The notes under the pieces are model-generated. The model was not told the origin of the DNA and ran no database searches. It saw only the letters and a list, made by a program, of their open reading frames with translations. Both the position numbers and the translations under genes were made by a program. A DNA stretch of 64,000 nucleotides, taken from NCBI GenBank assembly GCA_965153455.1, contig OZ234493.1:24542213-24606212 (forward strand), written 5' to 3'. The stretch is from Sphagnum compactum (lineage: Eukaryota). Positions 24,480 to 36,919 of the stretch are shown here, piece after piece (position 1 is the first letter of the stretch; each line of letters begins with the position of its first letter).

Positions 24480-27000
24480 TCATTCAAGTTGACATTCATT
24501 CATCTATCTCATTTGTTGGATGGTGGCCCATTAAGCATGGTCTTTGAACACCTTCATGATTGTTTCCACTTAATATAATAAATAGATTCTTACAATTATT
24601 CAAGTTGTGTTCCCATAGCCCATAAGACCATTTTCCCCATCAAATTGCATGTGTTTTGAGAATGTCATGTTTTTAAGCAATAATGGTCAAACCTTCTAGT
24701 GGAGTATGATCAACCTATCATGATGGGAAAACCATTATATCCCTTCACTAATCACACATTAAGCCTACAATTTTGAAATGTCTTTTCAATGCATTTATCT
24801 TTTCACAAGTTTGGAGTCACCATTAAAGGAGTTGTGAATTAGTGGTCCATGGCATTATGTGTGTTCTTGACATCCACCCATTATTACAAAATGTGAGTGC
24901 ATTTCATTAGTCCTTGTTAAGTGGACTAGTGTATTCACTACATCTTCACTAGGTCCTGTTCATTGGGATTATTGAATTCACTCAAAATCCATTGAAATCA
25001 CTTGGCGTACATAGACATTTTTTGTTGTAGTGACTTTAATAATTTAGGTCAAGTCTTACAAGTTGATATGGCAAACATGTTCAATTGCATGTCCAGAAAG
25101 ATAATTATGTTCCAAGAATTACAAATGGCAAGAGGTGAAATCATTCAACTTATTCCTTTTGTTCATACCTTTTATGCCTTTGAGTCCCCTTTGAATTTCA
25201 CCTTCCATAGTTGAAAAGGTGATGTCACCATCACTCAATGGCAATGGGCACCTATTAATGCAATCCTTTAGGATGGCCTTTGTTTATCATTGCCCATATT
25301 TGAGTGCTATGAATAATAGCTATTAATTTCTCATCTTGTTTATTCCCCACTATAGCCAATGACAACCACATTTTAAGCCTTTTAATCGAGGTCACATAAG
25401 CTTTTGAATTCTTACCTTCCCAACTCCAAGCCATGGATCTTTTAAATGCAACCTTACAAATGTGTAACTTGGTCTTCATTTGATCTTTCAGTTCATTTCA
25501 AAACCCTATCATCATTTAACACTCTTTTAAAAGGGGGTCAAAATTCTAGGCTTCCCCATAAAATCTCCTTCATTCATTTCATTTTTTCCCCAAATTTTTT
25601 TATTAAAAGACATGCAAACATGTAAATTTGCTTCCTAGCTCGTGGGTGACATTCAAGTAACATATGGGATTCTAAGATGGTGTTTTGCACCACAACCTTC
25701 ATACCTCCTTCAATGTGTTTCCCCCCTTATATTTTGGATATTTTATTTCACTTATCATCATTTGACCTTTCCTTGGCATGAGTCTTTAAACATCTTGTAG
25801 GCCCATATTTTGTTGATAATCCTCAAGGGGTGTTGGCTTGCCACCAATTCTCCCTCCCCATCACTTTAGGGGGTGTTTGTTGCATATTGTCAATTTAATT
25901 GCATTGTTGTAGTTGCATATGTAGGCAATTGGACCACCTCCACCCTTGCCTTGAGGTTCTTCCAAAACCAAGTCGTTTCCTTTTCAAGACCTTGGCCCAT
26001 GTAGACAATGGTGATCTCCCTTTCCAACAACACTTATTGGTAGTTTGTGACCTTTTGCCCAACCCAATTTGAACATGCCTTAACCCTTTCAAACAACTTG
26101 TGGCTAATCAATTTCAACATCTATAAGACTCCATCTTGGAACGTGTGAACTAACATGGCCTTTTTAACATTATTTCTAAAGAGACATCTAAAGTTTATTG
26201 AGCTCATTTCCTTTCATGTTTGAGCCTAGGAGCAAGTGCACGGCTCACAACTTGACTAGTCGGTCACATTTCATCTACCACCCACAAATGTTTCTAGGGC
26301 ACCTTGAATTTGGTTAGTGTTTCCGCATCCATTAGTGCCAAGCCTTCTTCATGGCTTGTGTACACATCCCATTGACCCACTAGGCATCCACTTGTTGGAA
26401 TGTGCACATGATAATGAACATACATGGACCCATGATGCAATGCGAGATGTTGTGCATTGATTGCTTGAGAAGTCATTTTCCAAGTGGTACATGAACAACT
26501 TCACATGTTTCCTTCATTTGCACAACCAACCTTTTATTGATGTGTCAACATAATGGTTAGGCATATCCAAAGACAAGGTCGACATTGTCATTGCAAATCC
26601 TACGTGCATTGACCTTATACCTTGAACCATTTCAACATCTAGATTCCCAACTTTATAGGCACCCCAAATAAAGGAAAGCAACTACAAAGATTGATGCTTC
26701 GAAAACCAATTCATGCCATTAATATTGAAAGCTTTTGTTTGTTTACACAAGCATGTTCATGGCTTTTGAAAAGCTTATGCCAACACAATATATGAGAAAT
26801 GAAAGGCTTAGAAAGTTAGCAACTTTCAATCATAACAATTGTATTTAAACAACAAACTTTAGTTACACTACAAATGATGCAAACCATTTCCACGTTAAGT
26901 TGTGTCATGATGCTAGTGTTGGTCACATCCCAACTCCCACCGGTCATCAACCCCTTGCCCATCTCCACATTTGACATATTTGAAAGAGTAGGTATATGAA
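24480..27000 (+). mobile_element. Decayed CRE-like non-LTR retrotransposon (RT plus CCHC and restriction-like endonuclease)
   Basis: Fragments KFGV...VVHGIMCVLDIHP, LQVDMANMFN, GT..CNPLG.PLF, PTIANDNHI (YADD-equivalent), SLPITLGG, HPIDPLGIHLLEC.H....THDAMRD, DIVIANPT, FMPL..AF.CLH. Many stops. Confidence 0.8.
24879..25032. mobile_element. Miniature CACTA-like insertion inside the CRE element
   Basis: Splits the RT stretch DIHP|..LQVD. Ends CATTATTACAAAATGT and ACATTTTTTGTTGTAGTG; flanks ACC/ACT. Confidence 0.55.
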
Positions 27001-27560
27001 TAATTATATCCTTAATGTGTGTTCAGGCCAGATAGAAAACCATAAGACCTTTTTCAATAAATGCTGATTTTTCTCAAAATTAGTAGCTCGTAATGCTAAA
27101 AATTCTAAAAAATTGTTTGGCATTACTATTGACTACATACCCCTAAAGCTTGGTGGTGTGGTGTGCTTAAGTAGTGCAATTTGTTTTTCTCCCACCTCAA
27201 TTGTAGGAATTTCAGGAAATTTTAATTTTTGTTACCGAAGTGAAAAAAAAAAAAAAAATTGTCCAAGAAGATGCTGGAATGGTAAAGAAAATATGGTAGT
27301 GTGCATTTTTGTTTACCCTTTAGCACCTGCTTTTGAGTTTTGTCCATCCTGCTTCCCTTGTTTTCTTGTTTCTTCATGATAAAGTTACACAGGTTTTCCA
27401 TTAAAAAAAACTCAGAAAATAATCCAGGATTTAACACAAGGCAAGTGCCAAAAAACCAAAAGCAAAGCCAATCTCAGCAAGCAGTGGATACACCCCCGAC
27501 AACTTAGAAACTGTCAGTTACTTTGGGAGTTTGGAATAATTCCAAAGGAACATGTGAAGC

Positions 27561-27562
<2 letters not shown>

Positions 27563-27603
<41 letters not shown>
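27563..27603. repeat. (GA)n microsatellite
   Basis: About 20 GA units, read directly. Confidence 0.95.
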
Positions 27604-27604
<1 letters not shown>

Positions 27605-28680
27605 ATGCAGAGTGTAATAACAAGATGCTAAATACCCCATGAGGAACTGCACTTCATGCAAGTGTGTGGATTGCATTATTTCTAAATGGAGAATGTCATA
27701 CGTGGATCCTGAATGTGACAATTACTCATAGTCAGAGTATTGCCTTGTCCTATTCCTTTGTCCCATGACCCCATGAGGGTTCAAAATTAACCCACAGAGG
27801 TATGTAAGTATATTCGTATCATATAATAAATTATGATAGTTGTTATGTGTGTTGTGTATGTATCCTCAGAAGAAAAAGCAGCACAATCCAAATTCCAATC
27901 CAGCTTCTCAGGAACTTAATTGTAATATACTTGCATAATAAAGTGTGATGGTGGTGTGGTATTGGGAACATCTTGGGGAGCACCATGAGAACTTGGGAAC
28001 ATGTTGGGGGGAACACACTGAGAACATGTTCCCAAGTTCTCAGCGTGTTCACCAAGATGTTCCCAATACCACCACCACCACCATCACACTTTATCCCAGA
28101 AGCTTTGCCCAGAAGTTGAACTCTCCATGACCCATTAAGTTGGGCCAATGGGGAAGGACTTTTTTATAATTCTATTTTGGGAGTGCCAACTTCTTCTAAT
28201 TGTGGGGATATTGAACGTTTGGGAAATGTATTTTTGTGATGGGTCAATCAAAGTGGCTGATTGCAACCCCAAGGAAAAAAAAAGGGGGGGGGGGAAAGAA
28301 GAAGAAGAAAATAAAACTTTAGGAAATGAATGCACTCTATAACTATAATTAATAGGACTAAACAAATAGGAATGCTCTATTATTAATAGGGAAACAAACC
28401 ATAAGTGAGAATCCAGCAGATTTCAATTGCTAGCAGCCATACTAGTTTGGCTGTTACCTACAAGTGTTTCTACAAAGCTTTATGATAGCACCCAGCTGGA
28501 ATGCAGACCTGCAACAAACAATTAAGAAAAAAAGAAAGAGGTAGGTAGGAAGTAGTAATAAAGGGACTCTCTTCAGAGACTTCTTTGGACCTGACCATGA
28601 AACACCTCTGCAGCACCCAGACAAACAAGCACAGACCTCTCTTAACTTACTCTACTTGTCCATGGAAAATAAATGGCTGA

Positions 28681-29071
28681 CTGCAGCTTGTTCCCCTCTA
28701 TTAAGTTGACTCCATCTTCAGCTGCTCAGTTACTATGTACATACAAGTAGTTTACAACGCATCTCCTCCACAAGAGCACTGACTGTGACTAAATTGCTAA
28801 TTGGATCAGCATGCTTGGTATCAGACTATATAGTATGTACTGATCTTATTACACTTGTGAGATTGCAAGTGACAAGTACTGCAGCTTGTTCCCTCTATGA
28901 AATTGACTCCATCTTCAGCTGCTAAGTTACTACATACAAGTGGGTTACAACCCATCTCGTCCACAAGAGCACTGACTATGACTAAATTGCTCATTGGATC
29001 AGCATGCTTATTATGAGACTAGGAAGTACTGATCTTATTATTACACTTGTGAGACTACAAGGGACAAAGTA
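28681..29071. repeat. Tandem duplication of a ~198-bp unit
   Basis: CTGCAGCTTGTTCCC...TTACACTTGTGAGA starts at 28681 and again at 28879. Confidence 0.9.
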
Positions 29072-31777
29072 AACTCACAAAATCTTTTCAAACTACGTAC
29101 TAGCCAGTGGAGAACTGGCAATACTTCAGTTGCTGTAAGTACTGAAGCCTTCTGATGATGGTAAGTTAGGTGGGCATAAATTATATCTTTGTAGATCATC
29201 ATCCATTCCATGACAATTTTTTAACTTAGGGATGCTTTACAATTGGAGTGAACTCATTTTGAGATCTTGAACTTGTGTGTCTACTAGGGTTGTTTAATTT
29301 TTTTAATTTTATGAAATTGAGAAAATTGGTTTTTTCTTCCAAAAAAATAGAAAAATTAGTTGAATTTACACTAGAAGAACAGAATTTTCCATTTTTGGGT
29401 TGAAAATATGACAATTGTTTTCAGAAAACATTTGGTGTCCATCTAATAATGAACATTCTAAAATTGTGATTCCAATGAGCCCTTTTTATAATAGTGTTGG
29501 GCGGGTATTAGAAATTGCACCCAACCATAGCATTAGTTATTAGGGCAATCCCTAGATTCCATAATCAGAGTTCCAAAACAATCAAGGAATTGCTTCTAAT
29601 AGATGATCACATTTTTGTATTGGGTGGGGGGGCGGAAAGAGATTAACTAATTACATATGAAACCACCAATTTTTTATTCATTCGTTCAAAATATTGGAAC
29701 ATGTGGTTCTTTGTGAGGAAACCAAATTTGGTGGTTATCAACAAAATGAAATTATATTCACTCAACATTGCTGGGACCATTCACAGTTGGGGTACCAAAA
29801 AAGGAAAAAAGGATTAAAGGACTTCTTAGAGCTATTTTCTACAATAATGTTACATAAACAAATTTAAGTGAGAAAAATTAAATAGTCAAATATAAGGACA
29901 TTCATGTGTTAATGGTGATTTTTCACATTCATACATAATTATGTACATGAATATTTTGCTTTAATGCCAAAAACACAGAAAATCTTAGAAAATTCCAAAA
30001 TGAGTTTCAATGGACAACCAAACATATTTTTTGGCAAATTATTTCTTGCACATGTGATTTGCTAAACATTTTAAACCCATTGAACATAATTTTTTTATCA
30101 AATGGTAAAAAAATGAGTTCTTTGGCTTGCAACCCTTTCTTTCAAAATTTCAAGACTTTGAAATTTTTGTATGATTTGGTTTTCATCAAATTCATCCAAT
30201 GAACATGTACTTTCATAAAAGGGGGCATTGGTGTACAATTTTTTTGAAATCAATTGTATGATTATGCATTCCTTTTTAAAAAGTGCAATTTAGACATTTG
30301 ATTACTTTAGTTTACAAGTTTCAAATTGATATTTACATAGTATCCAAATTTTTTCTAAATACTTTTATTAATTTAAGAAGACATCATTTTATTTATCAAC
30401 ATACAACAATCCATTACAATTGGGTGCGGATGAGCTCAAACGAGCCAAAATTGATGTTAAAATGTCAATTTTTTTGCAATTCTTGTTACATTTGTTTATG
30501 CGGTGCCACTTTAATGGCATGTGAATCATGGAAAGTTATGCTTATTGAATAATATGGATATTGAAAAATCTACAATGAATTAAAAAAATTCCAATATCAA
30601 AGTTTGGTTTGAATAAATGATGTTTAACAACTTCATTCAATGACGCTACTTTCATAAAGGGCTTTTTAATTTTCATAATACAATTTATTTCATCCTCAAT
30701 TGTTTTTATAGTAATAGACATAGCTAAAAAACATTCAAATTTTCATATTTTTTCAATTTTATGTTTATTAAAATTAAGGTTTTAAAAAACTTCATGAGTC
30801 CTTTCCAACATGTAAATGTGATGTAATGTATATGTTGTTTATAAAAAACTTGTAGCTTATAATATTAAAAATTAAACTTGAAAGTGTTAACATATTTTGG
30901 TATGATTGGAAATTATGACAAAATTTCAAGACAAAGCACAAAATTTGACCAAATCTGTGCACTTTCAAAAACTCGTATTTCTCCAAATTTGATTGTAAAA
31001 AAAATGACATATTGGGGCAACTATAAATACAATATATATAAAGTTTCAGAACATTTCATTTGAAAATTCCTCTTTAGGAAAACATATTTTTTGATAAAAC
31101 AGGACTTCAAAAGGGACAATAATCCTAAATGCAAAGTAAACACATTGGCTTGTTATACATCATTTGGACCCAATTATAATAATTTAAAATAAATAAAAAT
31201 CCAAAGTTCTCCTCTGTAGTCCTTTTTTCAGTTAAACATTCCCTTCTGGTACCCCAATTGTGGATGAACCCAACTTATGACTCCTTTTATAACTTTTCAT
31301 GCTCAAACATGTTGTTGTGATTGGGTAGTTATGTGATGTAAGTATTATTCCATGCACACATTGACTCTTTTTTTTTTAATGAAATAGTTTTATTTTTGCA
31401 CACTTTGTTGTGTTATAAATGGGTAAGGTGCGTAGGTTGGTAATAAACATTTAATGTACTAGAGGTCTTCATCTTATTCAATAGTGATATTTTGTCTTTT
31501 GGGTCCAAAGACGAAGTGAATAGAATCAGAGGGTGCACTTATAGCTTTTTGAATTGTTCAAAGAGGTTAAGAAATGAAAAAATATTCATCAAACACATGG
31601 CAACCCAAGAATGATACATGTTGTCACCAATAACCAAATAATCAAATGTTGACAAATGGATGTGACCTACCCATCACCAAATGGATGGAGCAAAAACTTA
31701 ATAGAATTCTACATTTTATGTTCACAAATTTGTATGTGGAATGGATTTAAATTAGGAGATGACATAGGCGATATAGA

Positions 31778-34343
31778 CAGGCCTCCTTAAGAGTGGTAAA
31801 CCCCACTTTTAGCCCTCATAAGGTAAAAGTGGGGTCGACTGGGGGGTCCAGGTGGGCCATTTTAGAATTTAGACTTTAGAGTCAAATAGGCGCCTCTGTT
31901 GCATTCGTTTTATTCATGATAGTGAAGTCAGGAATAAAACACGGTTTAGATGATGGCCAATGTGTCAAACTGCTTGGTCTGGAAGACACCCTCCAGCGAC
32001 AGGTCGAGCAAATTGTCGCAGTACGGGTCCTTTTCCCATTTGAGAATGGAGAAGTTTGATTCGATAGGGGTCGAGTTTGGGAACAGCATCGCAAGGCCGC
32101 CACAAAACGTCCATAGGGTCGCAAACCAAATACCCAAAGCTTCCCACGCGTCGTTGAATTTTGTCTTGAGGTCGTGTTGGTCGAGGATCGTCTTGATGGA
32201 AGGCTCGTACTTGTACGCCTTCACCAGATCGCGATGCTGCTGCTCGATCTCGTAGATGGTGTCCTCGTCCCAGTTCGCCTTGATTAGGTGCGCACTGCGC
32301 GACTACAGGACGTCGCGGATGAACACGACAGGTTGAACACGGACGAGATCAGATGGTATGACGGGCGACGCCTCCTTGTCGACAGGTTCGTTGCGTGAAT
32401 TACGTTCAGCTTGGATGTCGATAATGCTTTGAACAATGCCCATAGCGAACATGCCAATCGATGTGAGCACATCGCGCCGCGCGACGTCGTTGAGCGCATC
32501 GAAGTGGGCCTCGGTGCGCGAACCCTGATTGCGGACGAACAACTCGAGCGATTCGAAGGTGACGAACCAATCGAATCGCTGGAAGTAGTCCGACGCCTCG
32601 AGGTCGCCGAACTCGGCGTCGATATCGATGCGGCACAGCTCGTACACCATCTGAAGGTCGACCTCGAGCTTGTTGATGTACGCGCGCTATTGGCAGATGA
32701 GAAGGAGGCGAACTTGCAGCTCGTAGAACATCTTGTGGACGAGTTCGAGGCCAGGTGCCACCACAAAGACTTGGACCCACCACATCTCCGACAGAACAGG
32801 CGGGACGGCGACACCACGCTGCTCGCGCCGTTTGTCAAGAAACGCGATAATCTGTCGCTCGTACTTGATATCGAACTGGAGGACGCTGTTCAGTGCGACC
32901 CACCAGTTTGTCTTCTTCGGGCTAGCAAGGCCCAACTTGGTGATCAGCGTGTTCTGCTTGCGAAGGTAGACCGTCGCCTCATAGACTTTTGCGACAAAGT
33001 CACCTTCATTGATCAGCTCGACAGTGGCTTTAATAACGAGATCGGCTTGGTGGTTGACACAATTTTCCTGTGTCACGTCATGCGTTGCGAGGTCGACAAG
33101 CTGCTTCTGAATGCCAGTGATGTGTCCCATGTTCGTGCGCTCGCCATCGGTCGCAACCCTGATCAGCTTGTCGGCCCATGACACACAGAGCGCGCTGAGA
33201 AGCGTCACGAGCATTTTGACCTGCAGGTCGGCTCTGTGGCGACCGAAGTGCGGCATCGTGATCAAATGAAAGTTGTAGAGGATCCCTTTGACAGAGATGC
33301 GGATGCGGACGTCGAAGAACGCCATGCCGCGATGGGTGCTGCCATCGAACGTGATAGAGAACGCCCACACGTCGTCGCTCGAGAGCAGGACGCCGATCTT
33401 GGTCAGGGCAACGCCGACGAGAACGCGGACATACTGGCCGACCGGATGGTCATTCACACCGGTCAACTTGCCGATGCTCATCACATCACACGTGTGTCCG
33501 ATCACGGCCGCGATCTGCCGAAATGACATGCCGCATGACGCGTGCTTGATGATGAGCTAGAACCGCTTGACGTTCTTGATCACGACGACGTACGACCCGT
33601 CATCAACTTCGCCGTCCGGCTTGAACAGCAGCAATGTGTTGCGCTTCAGCTTAATCAGACGAGCAGCACGTTCAGCGATATTCGGATCGAGAACCTCACC
33701 ATCGTCGTGCTCGAGGGCAGCCATCTCATCTTCGGGCTGGAACAAGAGCTCACCAATGATCGTATCGACGACAGCGTTCGAGATCTTGAGCGTCAGCTTG
33801 TCGCCGTCAATCTCGATGTACCGGTGCAGCATGTTGTTGCGCGACACGATCCCGTCGAAGAACTTGACATGGTTTGACGGCAACAATGCCTGGTACTCGC
33901 TCGATTTCCCCTGGTGCTGTGACTCCATGTGTTTGATCATGACATCTGCGCGAAAGTCGGGCCCGTACGTCTGGTTTGCGACGCGCGCGGCGCGCTTTCG
34001 ATTTGCCATGTCGACTTGCCGCCCAAAGTATTTGCAAAACGAGCAAACCGCCTCGATAACCGCGGATGTCTTAACGTCGCGGTTCGTCACGTGCAGCCCA
34101 AGCTTCTGTTTGTAGGCCGGCTGCCAGGGGCTCGACTTCTTCTTCGGCGGCATGATCACGACAGCGACGCGGAGGTCCGCAACAAGGTCCGCAAGTCTAC
34201 TTTCTGCCTGTAATTGACCCTAGGTGCATCGTTTTGCACCTTTGGACAATGCATGACTCACTCTCTTAAAAGTGGGGTCCGGCGAGGCTTAAATGTGGTA
34301 AAAGTGGGGTCTATTTTTAGAATCCCACATTTAAGGAAGCCTG
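31778..34343 (-). mobile_element. Full-length hAT DNA transposon (2566 bp)
   Basis: TIRs CAGGCCTCCTTAAGAGTGG / CAGGCTTCCTTAAATGTGG (reverse complement). Perfect 8-bp TSD GATATAGA at 31770-31777 and 34344-34351. Subterminal AAAGTGGGGTC repeats at both ends. Confidence 0.95.
31946..34159 (-). pseudogene. hAT transposase, one reading frame with three internal TAG stops
   Basis: ORFs 33557..34159, 32687..33529, 32303..32650 and 31946..32224 share one frame (738 codons). Motifs: CSFC...HMESQH zinc finger, SITFDGSTH (D1), VATDGERTNMG (D2), CVNHQADL (CxxH), TNWW, FPNSTPIESNFSILK (E/dimerisation). Confidence 0.9.
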
Positions 34344-35402
34344 GATATAGATAGTCATGCGTGTTTAAGAGTTTCATGAACCCTAAGTCTTTAAATGTAC
34401 ATTGTCATGGTGTTGGCTCCAGTTTGAAGGGACACTAGTTATGTTCTTGAATCCTATTTTTTTTTTTTTTTTTCATATGTGATACTTAATCATTTCCCTT
34501 CCTTTTTTTCCTTTATTCTTTGTCAAACTTGAATCCCATGGAGAAAAAGAAAAGAAAGAAGAAATACATTATGCATATGTAAATGGTGTTGTGTATTATG
34601 TTCATTCATTCATTCTCCCATGAAACATCAAGTTTGTAATAGAATGAATGTATTGCACCTCCCAATGTCATTGAAGAGTATTGTTAATTTAATAAAAATG
34701 AAATTAATGCATCATAATGTACACTTGCACAACTTTACATTGTGAAAAAATACATACATAAGATCATTTAAATGGATTTTTAAACATATGCAAGCACATG
34801 GTGCAATTGAAAAACTCAAAATATGCCCAATAAAAAGTGTAAAGTGTATGAACTTGAGATTTTGGAATGAATAATTTACATATAATATTACAAACATTGG
34901 GGACAAGATTTGAATTATGTCGGATCCAACCTGAAGGCATTCACACTTGCAGCATGTACAAAGGTGATTGCATCATTAGTATTTTACCCCTATAACCATT
35001 CATCCAATTGTAAGCCCTTTCATCCTTTGACACTCCTTTAACCATTCCAATCCCTATGCAACTCTCACAACTCTTAAATCCTATATCCATCCTCAAGCCC
35101 TTTTAGTCCATTAACACATTTAGTTGTAAGCAGAAGAATCATAAATGGCATCCCAAAGGTTCATTTGGGAGAACATTTGGGATGAGAACCTTATAGTAAA
35201 AAAAAATGATATCACAATTATACTTGATCAAATTAAGCATGGGCCAATAGCGCAAGGCCCCAAGTGGATACAATTCATGCCTAGCTTGCAATTGGTTATC
35301 GTTTCAATTTACAATTATAATTGCTACATGTAATACACATTATAGCCAACCCATTAAATACAAAATACTAGGTCATTGGGCAATGTGTAGGCTAGTCATT
35401 GA

Positions 35403-36223
35403 TGACGCGCTCCTAAGTCCCTTGTTGAACCCACTTGAGGGTTCAACTATGTGGAGTTGCGAAAAGTTGGGACTTGGGGGCCGCTCCCGACTTCCAGCAC
35501 TAGAAAGGGGTAGAGGGGCGTGCTAGAAATCCCGGGATTAGACTACGAAGAGGACAAGCATTTCACCTATTCAAATCTGCATCAAAACCAACCCCAAGTT
35601 GGTTAGAACTCATTCTGCACCCTTTTGGTGTTGGGACAAGCCACGGGCTAACTCGGACTCACTTGACTCACCACTGCCCGGACTCGGGGCAAGCCACCAC
35701 CTTCCCCCATATAGTATACTTTGCGTCTCACCGTGGAGGCTACATCCGAATGGCTCTTTTTCCCGGGACTCCCAAGTTGGAGTCCCGAAACTGTCCCGGG
35801 TTGGAGTCCTGAAACTTTGGGAGTTCATAACTCCCGGCTCCAACCTCCGATTGGAGTGAGGTCTGAACCAAAGTTGTAGCTCTTTTTGAGAGCTTTCCAA
35901 CGCCATGTTTCACTCCCTTAGGCAACGTTGGGAAAGGGTCGATTCCCGAATTTTAGTGGTCGGGAGTCAAACTGCCAGTTTGACTCCCGGCCCTTCTTTT
36001 GCCCATAACTTGGGCTGCAGATGTCCAAATGGCCAATGCGAGGGCATTTTAGACATTTACACTTCAAGACCTTTTCATTGATATAAAGAACACCTCAAGG
36101 CGAGGTGTTTTGACCCCCTGTCATTGCTTTCGAGTTTTTGGGAGTCCCGAAGGACTCCAAATCTCCCACTTTTGGGAGTGCTGAGTTGCATTCTCAACTT
36201 AGTCTCAAAGTGGGGTTGCGACA
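35403..36223. mobile_element. Solo LTR (821 bp)
   Basis: Termini TGACGC...GCGACA and a perfect 5-bp TSD ATTGA (35398-35402, 36224-36228). GC-richer with GGGAGTCC/GGACTCCC repeats. Confidence 0.9.
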
Positions 36224-36919
36224 ATTGATCTTGCTTTGGGTAGTGGGAGGTTGACCTATGGGGTTTGACCCATTTCAACCCATGTTGATTTGGTGGTCAT
36301 AAACTAGAAACTAGAAATTGAATACAATCTAATAAGAAAAACAAAGAATGAAGTGAAAAAAAAACCCATGTTTTTTGTAAGAAGCTGCACAAAATAGTCA
36401 ATGCAATTTGCATTCGCCTTGGGTGAGGAGTTTTTTGTTACAACAACAACAACAACAACATTAGTTGTTAGAAAGTTGAGTTATATAGTTGAGATATATG
36501 AGATGTAATACTTGCTGAGGTTTGAAGGTGATAATGATGGATGTCAGGCAACAATAGTAGCTGCCATGGTGTTGTTGAATTTTGCTATCTGGCCACAATG
36601 TGCACTAGTAAGGAAAAGGAGCTTGGGGAGGAGGAGTAACAACAACAACTCCTAGGTCGCAACGGAATTCTTGTTTTTAGCAATGGTGAAGCAATTGTGG
36701 TTGTGTGGTGGGCTTTCCTAACAACCTTTTTACAACCCTTGGAACTCTTGCAACTTTTCTTTTAGATATTTCTTGTTGTTGTGCTCTTGCAACGACCGGG
36801 CTTGCCATTGTTGGCAAGCTTTTATAATAGCATGAAATTTTAATTTTTAAGGAAAGTCTTCATCCTTTTTTCTTTTGGTTTTGGTTTTGTTCTGTTTTTC
36901 TTTTTTTCTCCTTTTATTC

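Noticed and set aside
2431-25032. One giant CACTA element from 2431 to the matching end at 25032, carrying the virus and the oxidoreductase gene
   Set aside because: The flanking triplets differ (ATT vs ACT), and the right end is better explained by the 154-bp insertion inside the CRE element. The ends at 22028 and 22804 also lack a matching TSD.
32411-34115. Long + strand ORFs (256, 182 and 111 aa) opposite the hAT transposase
   Set aside because: Antisense shadows of GC3-rich codon usage; no domain features.
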